Positions 56,573-64,000 of a stretch of 64,000 nucleotides of DNA are shown in pieces (the first letter of the stretch is position 1; the number at the start of each line of letters is the position of its first letter). The position numbers and the translations under genes are program-made. Below the pieces are notes generated by a model that saw nothing but the letters and a program-made list of their open reading frames with translations, made no database searches and had not been told where the DNA came from. Source of the DNA: an uncultured Gemmatimonadota bacterium (GTDB lineage Bacteria > Gemmatimonadota > Gemmatimonadetes > Palauibacterales > Palauibacteraceae); assembly GCA_964627425.1 (NCBI GenBank), contig CAZVIY010000001.1, positions 160,128-224,127 on the forward strand, given 5' to 3'.

Positions 56573-58981
56573 TCAGAACATCCGCCCCAGCTTGAAGTGA
56601 AGTTTCCAGCCAGGATCCGGGCGACCGAGGACGTCCCGTCGGTTGAACCCGTAGGCGTAGTCGACGCCCAGGGGACCGAAGGGCGTGACCAGGGTGGCGC
56701 CGACCCCCGCCCCGGTGAGCAGATCGGCGGGATTGAACTCCCCGGCCGTGTCCCAGATGTTCCCCGCGTCCACGAAGGTGGTGATGGAGATCTGGTTGCT
56801 GAGTTTCACGCCCAGATGGGTGGTGGTGCTGAAATAGGCCCCGCCGGACCGCTCCAGGTTGGTGATCCCTTCCAGGCGCGCGTTCCTCGGGATGTGCCCC
56901 TGGGGTGTGACCGTCGCCTCCTCGTAGCCCCGAAGCTGCTGCCCGAACTGGGTGCCCCCCATGAAGAAGCGCTCGCGGAAGAACGGGTTGTCCCCGACCA
57001 CGAGCCCTCCCCGGAAGGCGATCCCCGCGCCGAACTGGACGGGGACCGATTGGAGTCCGCCGCCGATCTGGGCCACGGGAGCGAACCACTCGCTCTGGAA
57101 CTCGTACTTCCGGAAGTCGCCGTCACCTCCCAGCGGCCCGCCGGTGAACCGGGCGGTGAACGTGTTCCTGCTCCCGTCGGTGGGAAACAGGTTGTTGTTC
57201 CGGGTATCGCGTACGAGACGGACGTTCACCGTGCTCCGGGTCCCCGTCTGGACGAATCGGGAATCCTCCAGGGAGACGCCGAACAGATCGCTCAGCTCGT
57301 CCCGGAAGATGGAGTAGCCCGCGAAGACCCGGGTGTTGCGCAGGCCGAACAGCGGCGTCCCCACCTCCAGGCTCCCGCCGATCTGCCGGCGGGTCCCGAT
57401 GCTGAAGGTCCGGAAGACGTCCCGGGAGTTCATGAGGCTGACGGTGGCCGACTGGTCGGATCCGAAGATGGCCGGATCGGAGTAGGAGACTTCGATGTCG
57501 TTGGTCCGGCTGCCGAAGAGCCAGCGGAAATGGAGGTTCTTGGCCTGGCCGAACAGGTTCGGCTGGTCGTAGCCGATGAACCCGGCGAGTCCCGTCACGG
57601 CGGCCGCTGACGCACCGAAGTTGAGGCTCCCCGTCTGCTTCTCCTGGACGCGGATCCGGATGTCCACGTCCCCGTCGTCCCGGAACTCGATGTTCACCGC
57701 CTCCTGGGGAGGAATCTGCTCGAAGAAATCCATCCCCTGGATCCGCTGGAGGCTGTTGACCAGCCGCTGCTGGGAGTAGACGTCGCCGGGGAGCAGCGAG
57801 ATCCGGTCCCGGATGATCCGGTCGTGGGTGAAGTCGTTCCCCACGATCTCCACCCGGCGCACGTACGACGGCTGGCCCTCCTGCACCTGCCAGTGGGCAC
57901 GGATCCGCGGCGGCCCCTCCCCCTCCGGCGGCTCGATCTTCTGGACGCTCCCGGACACCCGCGCCTGGAGGTAGCCGCTGTTGCGGTACAGCTCCTCCAC
58001 CTGGCCCGCCGCCTCCCGGAACCCCACCTGATCGAACGGGGGGAGACTCCCCTCCGTCGTGTCGCCCTCCGTCAGGGCCGTCGCGGGGTCGTACATCCGG
58101 CGCAGCTCCTGGGCCGGGAACCGGCGTCCCCCCGAGACGTCGAACTCGGCGAGACGATACTGGGGGCCCTCGCGGACCTCGATCTCGATCCGGCCCTTCC
58201 CCGTCTCCCGATCCACCACCACCGTGTCGTCCACGACGGCGAAATCGATGAAGCCGTGCCGGGCGTAGAACTCCGGGAGCCGGCGGGCGAGATCCGCCTG
58301 GTACTCCTGGCTGTGGAAGCCCCCGCTCTGCCACCAGAAGAAGCCCTCCTGGCCCGTGGTCATCGCCGACCGGAGCTCGGCGTCGGTGAACGCCTCGTTC
58401 CCCCGGAAGGAGATGGCCGCCACGCCGAGACGGGGCCCCTCGTCCACCCGGAACGTCAGCCTGTAGCCGGGGAGCCCCTGGCCCGCCGGGGCCAGCGCCG
58501 TGTCCACCTCCGCGCGGGGGAACCCCGTTCGGGCGAGTCGATCCCGGATGAGCGCCCGGGCCCGCTTGATCCGGGCCGGATCCAGGGGTCCCTCGGCGGG
58601 GATCCCCGCCGAGTCCCGCACCGACTCCGGGCTCAGGTGTTCCAGCCCCTCGAACCCGTATCCGAAGACGTACGGGCGCTCCTCCACGAGGAGATAGAAG
58701 ACGGCCGGCCGGCCCGGGGAGACACGGATGTCGACGCTGGCGAAGTCACCGGTGGCGAAGAGGCGCTGGATCGCCTCCTGCAGGTCGGGCCCCCGGACCT
58801 CCGTGCCCGTCGAGAGGCCGCTCCGCCGGATGACCTCCCCGTCGGAGAGCCGCTCGTTGCCCATCACCACCAGGCTGTCGATCTGGACGGGCCCGGTGGG
58901 AGCCTCCTGGGCGTGGAGGGAGGGCGACCACGCCAGCGTCAGGAGGACCGCCAGCCCGGCCCCGACGACGGTACGACCCAT
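56573..58981 (-). CDS. bamA: outer membrane protein assembly factor BamA
   Basis: Signal peptide MGRTVVGAGLAVLLTLAWSPSLHAQE, five POTRA-like repeats, and an Omp85 barrel ending ...WKLHFKLGRMF. The alternative start GTG 58987 would overlap the clpC stop. Confidence 0.93.
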   Translation of the reverse strand: MGRTVVGAGLAVLLTLAWSPSLHAQEAPTGPVQIDSLVVMGNERLSDGEVIRRSGLSTGTEVRGPDLQEAIQRLFATGDFASVDIRVSPGRPAVFYLLVEERPYVFGYGFEGLEHLSPESVRDSAGIPAEGPLDPARIKRARALIRDRLARTGFPRAEVDTALAPAGQGLPGYRLTFRVDEGPRLGVAAISFRGNEAFTDAELRSAMTTGQEGFFWWQSGGFHSQEYQADLARRLPEFYARHGFIDFAVVDDTVVVDRETGKGRIEIEVREGPQYRLAEFDVSGGRRFPAQELRRMYDPATALTEGDTTEGSLPPFDQVGFREAAGQVEELYRNSGYLQARVSGSVQKIEPPEGEGPPRIRAHWQVQEGQPSYVRRVEIVGNDFTHDRIIRDRISLLPGDVYSQQRLVNSLQRIQGMDFFEQIPPQEAVNIEFRDDGDVDIRIRVQEKQTGSLNFGASAAAVTGLAGFIGYDQPNLFGQAKNLHFRWLFGSRTNDIEVSYSDPAIFGSDQSATVSLMNSRDVFRTFSIGTRRQIGGSLEVGTPLFGLRNTRVFAGYSIFRDELSDLFGVSLEDSRFVQTGTRSTVNVRLVRDTRNNNLFPTDGSRNTFTARFTGGPLGGDGDFRKYEFQSEWFAPVAQIGGGLQSVPVQFGAGIAFRGGLVVGDNPFFRERFFMGGTQFGQQLRGYEEATVTPQGHIPRNARLEGITNLERSGGAYFSTTTHLGVKLSNQISITTFVDAGNIWDTAGEFNPADLLTGAGVGATLVTPFGPLGVDYAYGFNRRDVLGRPDPGWKLHFKLGRMF

Positions 58982-58983
58982 GG

Positions 58984-61500
58984 TCACGTAGCGGATGCCT
59001 GCGAGGCCACCCGGAAGCTGAGGGACTCGCCGTCCGGCGCCACGTCCACCGCGATCTCGTCTCCCGGCGCGAACTCCGCCATGAGGATCTTCTCGGAGAG
59101 TCGATCCTCGATGTATCGCTGGATGGTCCGCTTCAGCGGCCGGGCGCCGTACTTCTCGTCGTAGCCCTTCTCCACCAGGAACCGGATCGCCCCGTCGCTG
59201 AGCTGGATGGAGAGGCCCTCCTCCTCGAGGCGGCCCTTCACGTCGCGCATCAGGATGTGGACGATGTCACCGAGCTGCTCCTTGGAGAGCGGGTGGAAGA
59301 CGATGACGTCGTCCAGCCGGTTCAGGAACTCCGGCGCGAAGGTGTTCTCCACCTCCTCGCGGACCCGCTCCTCCATGGCGTCGACGTCGATGCCCTCGCC
59401 CTCGGCCTGGAATCCCACCGTGGTGTTGGAGACGATGTCCCGGGCGCCCACGTTCGAGGTCATGATGACCACGGTGTTCTTGAAGTCGATGACCCGACCG
59501 TAGTTGTCGGTGAGCCGCCCCTCGTCCAGGACCTGGAGGAGGAGGTTGAACACCTCGGGGTGGGCCTTCTCGATCTCGTCCAGCAGCACCACGCTGTAGG
59601 GTCGGCGCCGGACCGCCTTGGTCAGCGTGCCGCTCTCCTCGTAGCCAACGTAGCCCGGCGGGGCCCCGATGAGTCGGCTCACGGAGAACTTCTCCATGTA
59701 CTCCGACATGTCCACCCGGACCAGCGCCTGCTCGTCGGCGAAGAGGAAGCGCGCCAGGGACCGGGCCACCTCGGTCTTCCCCACGCCGGTGGGACCGCAG
59801 AAGACGAAGCTCCCGATGGGACGGTCCGGATCCTTGAGACCGGCCCTGCTCCTCCGGATGGCCCGGCTGATGGCCTCGATGGCCTCGTGCTGGCCCACCA
59901 CCGTCTCGTGGAGCTCGTCCTCCATCCGGAGGAGCCGCTCGGTCTCGGCCTCCTGGAGGCGGGTCACCGGGATGCCCGTCCAGCGGGAGACGATGTAGGC
60001 GATGTCCTCCTCGCTGACCACGGGACGGTGCTCTTCCCGCTCCTTCTCCCACTCTTCCCGCAGGCGCTCGATCTCCTCCTGGATCTCCCGCTCCTCGTCC
60101 CGGAGGGAAGCGGCCCGCTCGAAGTCCTGGTCGCGGATGGCTTCGTCCTTGGCGTCGCCCAACGTCTCCAGCTCCTCCTGGAGCTCCTGGACGTCGGGGG
60201 GCGGGACCTGGGCGCCCAGCCGTGCCCGGGCGCCGGCCTCGTCCATGACGTCGATGGCCTTGTCGGGCAGGAACCGGTCGGTGATGTAGCGCTCGGACAG
60301 CTTCACCGAGGCCTCCACCGACTCGTCCGGGACCTCCACCCGGTGGTGCTCCTCGTAGTGCGGCCGGAGGCCCTTGAGGATCTCCACCGACTCCTCCACC
60401 GACGGGGCGTCGACGATGACGGTCTGGAAGCGGCGCTCCAGGGCGCCGTCCTTCTCCACGTATTTCCGGTACTCGCTCAGAGTGGAGGCCCCGACGCACT
60501 GGAGCTCGCCCCGGGCCAGGGCCGGCTTCAGCATGTTCGAGGCGTCGATGGCACCCTCGGCGGCGCCGGCCCCCACGAGCGTGTGGAGCTCGTCGATGAA
60601 GAGGATGACGTCCTCGCTCTGGGAGATCTCGTTGACGATGGCCTTCAGGCGCTCCTCGAACTGGCCCCGGTACTTGGTCCCGGCGATCACCGCGGCCATG
60701 TCCAGCGCCAGGACCCGGTGGTCCTCCAGGCTGTCCGGCACGTCTCCCCGGACGATGGCCTGGGCCAGGCCCTCCACGATGGCCGTCTTCCCCACCCCGG
60801 CCTCGCCGATGAGGACCGGGTTGTTCTTCTTCCGCCGGGAGAGGACCTCCATGACCCGCTCGATCTCCTCCTCCCGGCCGATGGTGGGATCCAGCTCGCC
60901 GTCGTCGGCCAGCTGGGTGAGATCCCGGCAGAAGTGGTCCAGGGCCGGCGTCTTGCTCTTCTTCTCCGACTGGCCGGCCCCGCTGCCGCCGCCTCCGCCG
61001 CCCCCGCCGGACGAGGAGCCCGAGGAGCCGCCGGAGGAGGATCCGGACCCCGACGCCGGCATGTCGGTGCCCAGCAGCTTCAGCGTCTCGGAGCGTGCGT
61101 CGTCCAGTCCGATGCCCAGCTCACCCAGGACCTTGGCGGCCAGGCCCTTCTCCTCGCGGAGCAGGCCCAGCAGCAGGTGCTCGGTGCCCACGTAGCTGTG
61201 GTTCAGGTCCCGGGCCTCGGCCATGGCGTACTCCAGCACCTTCTTGGCCCTGGAGGTATAGGGGAGCTCGCCCACGGTGGCGGACGACTTCCCCCTGCGG
61301 ACGTTCTCCTCCACCAGGTGGTGGAGCTCCTCCAGGTCGGTAGCCAGGTTCTTCAGCACCGTGGCCGCCACACCCTCTCCCTCCCGGATGAGGCCCAGAA
61401 GGATGTGCTCGGTGCCCACGTAGTCGTGCTGGAGGCGGATCGCCTCCTCCCGGGCCATGGCGAGCACCTTCCGCACTCGATCTGTGAAGTTGTAGTTCAT
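58984..61500 (-). CDS. clpC: ATP-dependent Clp protease ATP-binding subunit ClpC
   Basis: A duplicated Clp-N domain (two [10 protein letters not shown] repeats), a Gly/Ser linker, two AAA+ modules ([18 protein letters not shown]), and a UVR-like M-domain. Confidence 0.93.
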   Translation of the reverse strand: MNYNFTDRVRKVLAMAREEAIRLQHDYVGTEHILLGLIREGEGVAATVLKNLATDLEELHHLVEENVRRGKSSATVGELPYTSRAKKVLEYAMAEARDLNHSYVGTEHLLLGLLREEKGLAAKVLGELGIGLDDARSETLKLLGTDMPASGSGSSSGGSSGSSSGGGGGGGGSGAGQSEKKSKTPALDHFCRDLTQLADDGELDPTIGREEEIERVMEVLSRRKKNNPVLIGEAGVGKTAIVEGLAQAIVRGDVPDSLEDHRVLALDMAAVIAGTKYRGQFEERLKAIVNEISQSEDVILFIDELHTLVGAGAAEGAIDASNMLKPALARGELQCVGASTLSEYRKYVEKDGALERRFQTVIVDAPSVEESVEILKGLRPHYEEHHRVEVPDESVEASVKLSERYITDRFLPDKAIDVMDEAGARARLGAQVPPPDVQELQEELETLGDAKDEAIRDQDFERAASLRDEEREIQEEIERLREEWEKEREEHRPVVSEEDIAYIVSRWTGIPVTRLQEAETERLLRMEDELHETVVGQHEAIEAISRAIRRSRAGLKDPDRPIGSFVFCGPTGVGKTEVARSLARFLFADEQALVRVDMSEYMEKFSVSRLIGAPPGYVGYEESGTLTKAVRRRPYSVVLLDEIEKAHPEVFNLLLQVLDEGRLTDNYGRVIDFKNTVVIMTSNVGARDIVSNTTVGFQAEGEGIDVDAMEERVREEVENTFAPEFLNRLDDVIVFHPLSKEQLGDIVHILMRDVKGRLEEEGLSIQLSDGAIRFLVEKGYDEKYGARPLKRTIQRYIEDRLSEKILMAEFAPGDEIAVDVAPDGESLSFRVASQASAT

Positions 61501-61551
61501 CTCTCCGAGGGGAGTGTCATGTGAGGATCGGCGACTCGCTCGTCGGACCCG

Positions 61552-62757
61552 TCACCGTCCATCGGCGGCCTCGTCGGCGTCGGGGGGCTCCGGGGCGTCC
61601 CGTTCGGACTCCCCGGTCGGGGCGGTGTCCGCTTCCGCGGGAGAGGCGCGTTCGGTGGCGGCACCACCGACCTCGGCCTCGTCGGCGGCCAGCCTCTCCC
61701 GTACGAACGCCGCGCGCCGGACATCGGGATCGCCGAGCTTGCGGCCCGTCACGCGTTCCAGATGCGCCGACTGGCCGAGGATCATGATCTGGTTGAGCGT
61801 GGATACCCGGGGTGACCGGAGAAGTTTCAGCGTCAGGCCCAGCCTCACGCCCGAGAGGAGGTTCATCATCTCCTGGAACGAGAGGGTTCGGGCGTGGCGG
61901 AGGATGCCGTACGCGCGCCAGACCTTGTCCTCCAGCACCGACGGCGCCTCCCGGAGCAGCACCCCCCGGGCCTGCTTCTCGTACTGGATCACCTGTCCCA
62001 CGATCCGATCCAGGTGGTCCACCAGGTCCGTCTCCGTCTTCCCGAGGGTGGTCTGGTTGGAGACCTGGAAGAAATTCCCCACCACTTCGGAGCCCTCGCC
62101 GTAGAGGCCCCGGTAGGTGAGGCCCACCTGCGAGATCCCCTGGAGCACCTTGTCGATCTCCTTGGTGAGGACCAGGGCCGGCAGATGGATGAGCACCGAG
62201 GCCCGGAGCCCCGTGCCCACGTTGGTGGGACACGACGTCAGGTACCCGAACTCGTGGTGGAAGGCGTAGGGCAGCCGCTCCCCCAGCTCGTCGTCCAGCT
62301 CCTCCACGTGGCCCCAGCACGACCGGAGGTTCAGGCCGCTCCTCAGGGCCTGCAGCCGGAGGTGGTCCTCCTCGTTCACCATCAGCCCCAGGGTCCGCCG
62401 ACCCGATCGCTCGTCCTCGAGAGCCAGGCCGGACGCCGCCGGGGGATCCTCGTCCTGCTCGCCGGTGAGGTCTCGGCTGACCAGGTGCCGCTCCAGGAGG
62501 ATCTTCCTGTCCACCCGCTCCAGCTCGTCCATGCGCCAGAGGGCGGCGTCCTCCAGGACGGAGGAGTCGTCCAGGGCGTTGCGCACCCGGTCCAGCACCC
62601 GCTCCCGGTCCTCGGCACCCGCCCGGGAGGAGAACGGCACGCCCTGGAGGTTCCGGGCCAGGCGGACCCGGGTGGACAGGACGATCCCCTGCTCCGAGCC
62701 CTCGCCGGTGAGCCACCCCAGCCCCCGGTCACCCACCGGGACGTCGTGCCGGATCAC
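61552..62757 (-). CDS. mcsB: protein arginine kinase McsB
   Basis: Phosphagen-kinase motifs NEEDHLRLQ and SCPTNVGTGLRASV, plus an acidic C-terminal tail. GTG 62757 overlaps the mcsA stop (GTGA). Confidence 0.88.
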   Translation of the reverse strand: MIRHDVPVGDRGLGWLTGEGSEQGIVLSTRVRLARNLQGVPFSSRAGAEDRERVLDRVRNALDDSSVLEDAALWRMDELERVDRKILLERHLVSRDLTGEQDEDPPAASGLALEDERSGRRTLGLMVNEEDHLRLQALRSGLNLRSCWGHVEELDDELGERLPYAFHHEFGYLTSCPTNVGTGLRASVLIHLPALVLTKEIDKVLQGISQVGLTYRGLYGEGSEVVGNFFQVSNQTTLGKTETDLVDHLDRIVGQVIQYEKQARGVLLREAPSVLEDKVWRAYGILRHARTLSFQEMMNLLSGVRLGLTLKLLRSPRVSTLNQIMILGQSAHLERVTGRKLGDPDVRRAAFVRERLAADEAEVGGAATERASPAEADTAPTGESERDAPEPPDADEAADGR

Positions 62758-63266
62758 CGCGCCCCTTCGGCCTCGAGATCCTCGATCCGGTCCCGGAGCT
62801 CGGCCGCCTTCTCGAAATTCTCCGACTCGATGGCCCGCTCGAGCCGGAGCTTGAGGGTGGAGATCCGGGTGAACCGCTCGTCGGACTCCGACTCGCTGCC
62901 CACGTAGAGCTTCCCCACGTGCTCGGTGGACCCGTGGATCCGACGCATGAGGGGCCGGAGCTGGTCCTCGAAGTGGGACCAGCACTGGGGACATCCCAGG
63001 CGACCCGTCCGGCGAAAGTCCGCCAGCGTCGTTCCGCAGTAGGAGCATCCGTCGGGGCGGGCGGGGACGGACGACTCCCCGACCCCCTTCCCCGACTGGG
63101 CGAGGAAGTCCGCCAGGGGGCCCGAGGAGGGACCCTCCTCGGAATGGGAATGGATCCCCTGCTCCGCCGCGCACTGACTGCACAGGTGAACGGTGGTCAT
63201 CTCGTCGTCCACGATCTGGGTGAGATGGACCTCCGCCTCCCGATCCTCGCAGTTCTGGCAGACCAT
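62754..63266 (-). CDS. mcsA: protein arginine kinase activator McsA (zinc fingers plus UVR motif)
   Basis: CQNC...CSQC and CSYCG...CPQC zinc-finger pairs, plus the UVR motif ENFEKAAELRDRIEDLE. Confidence 0.85.
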   Translation of the reverse strand: MVCQNCEDREAEVHLTQIVDDEMTTVHLCSQCAAEQGIHSHSEEGPSSGPLADFLAQSGKGVGESSVPARPDGCSYCGTTLADFRRTGRLGCPQCWSHFEDQLRPLMRRIHGSTEHVGKLYVGSESESDERFTRISTLKLRLERAIESENFEKAAELRDRIEDLEAEGAR

Positions 63267-63399
63267 GGAGCTATCCGCGGACCTCTACCTGGAATGAGAG
63301 ACCGGACACGAACTCCCCGGAGGTTCTCGGACGCCCGGGTCCGGAGACGCACATCTAATACATATCTATCGCCGGGCTGATCCTGCTCCAAACGGTCCG

Positions 63400-64000
63400 C
63401 TAGCCCCCGACCGCCCCGGCGTCCTGGTCGCCGATCGACGTTTCCTCCTCGGGCCGGAGCGTGCCGTCCCTGAGCTCCAGGATCCGGCCGGCGCGGCCCG
63501 CCAGGCGTTCGTTGTGGGTCACCACCACCAGGGCGGTGTCGTGACGATCCACCAGACGGAAGAGCAGATCGTGGAGGCGCTCGCTGGTGTCCACGTCCAG
63601 GTCCCCCGACGGCTCGTCGGCCAGGATCAGGGGCGGCTCGTTGGCCAGGGCCCGGGCCACCGCCACCCGCTGCTGCTCCCCTCCCGAGAGGCGGGAGGGC
63701 CGATGATCCTCCCGCTCCGCCAGGCCCACCTGATCCAGGAGCTCACGGCCCCGACGCCGCGCCTCCTCCCGGGACGCGCCCCCGATGAGACGGGGGACCA
63801 TGACGTTCTCCAGCGCCGAGAAGTCCCGCAGCAGGTGGTGGAACTGGAAGACGAACCCGACCTGCCGGTTGCGGACCTCCGCGAGCTCCGCGTCGTCCAG
63901 CTCGGAGATCCCGGCGCCGAAGAGGGAGACCGTCCCCCGGGTGGGACGGTCGAGCCCGCCCAGGAGGTGGAGCAGCGTGGACTTTCCGGAGCCGCTCGGC
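63400..64000 (-). CDS. ABC transporter ATP-binding protein, LolD/MacB/FtsE-like (5' end outside the window)
   Basis: My translation to the window edge gives Walker [14 protein letters not shown]. The signature [15 protein letters not shown] and Walker [13 protein letters not shown] are also present. Confidence 0.85.
   Translation of the reverse strand, partial: PSGSGKSTLLHLLGGLDRPTRGTVSLFGAGISELDDAELAEVRNRQVGFVFQFHHLLRDFSALENVMVPRLIGGASREEARRRGRELLDQVGLAEREDHRPSRLSGGEQQRVAVARALANEPPLILADEPSGDLDVDTSERLHDLLFRLVDRHDTALVVVTHNERLAGRAGRILELRDGTLRPEEETSIGDQDAGAVGG

Noticed and set aside
60973-61053. A GC-rich repetitive DNA tract (GCCGCC/GGAGGA units), and the GATCAGGA repeats at 51495-51525, as possible tandem or CRISPR-like repeats.
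   Set aside because: Both are in-frame coding low complexity: the Gly/Ser linker of ClpC (a comparable linker exists in B. subtilis ClpC) and the Leu/Ile run of the candidate microprotein TM helix. There is no repeat-spacer periodicity.
63267-63399. A CtsR operator (GGTCAAA tandem heptads) or CIRCE element upstream of mcsA.
   Set aside because: Neither motif, nor a close variant, is present on either strand of the intergenic region.

Overview
This is a very GC-rich (about 70% by eye), densely packed chromosomal segment from a diderm, LPS-making bacterium. The gene content (lpxC-fabZ fusion, bshC, mcsAB-clpC) suggests a Gemmatimonadota-like or FCB-group organism, but that is inference only. 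I found no rRNA, tRNA, CRISPR, IS or prophage. I call 31 CDS on the + strand (nt 1-29862) and 32 on the - strand (nt 30034-64000), almost all housekeeping or envelope genes. On the + strand: sucCD, ndk, the yceD-rpmF-plsX-fabDG-acpP-fabF lipid cluster, ispF, xerD, a Kdo/Lpt operon (kdsB-pyrG-kdsA-kdsC-kdsD-lptC-lptA-lptB), and rpoN followed by a six-gene membrane glycosylation cluster. On the - strand: mcsA-mcsB-clpC-bamA-skp-lpxD-lpxC/fabZ-lpxA-(Gfo/Idh/MocA)-lpxB-lpxK-nadB-rlmH-MT-bshC-murJ-uvrC-gltX-thrC, then TPR-der-plsY-gpsA-merR-surE-pcm-yqaA. The strongest non-CDS signals are: (1) a canonical 28-bp dif (XerCD) site at 29911-29938, exactly where gene orientation flips, so the window most likely spans the replication terminus; (2) a perfect sigma54 -24/-12 promoter (TGGCAC-N5-TTGCT) directly upstream of rpoN itself. 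Candidates for new biology are modest: an rpoN-coupled extracytoplasmic glycosylation module; a Firmicute-type arginine-phosphorylation proteolysis module joined to the BamA/lipid A operon; a methyltransferase coupled to bshC; an unannotated 44-aa membrane microprotein in the lipid A operon; and an Omp85-like barrel with a beta-helix N-domain. I see no defence-system-like or otherwise clearly novel multi-gene system. All protein calls rest on motif and family recognition from the supplied translations. No database search was run. Many start codons are inferred from 4-nt ATGA/GTGA stop-start overlaps.
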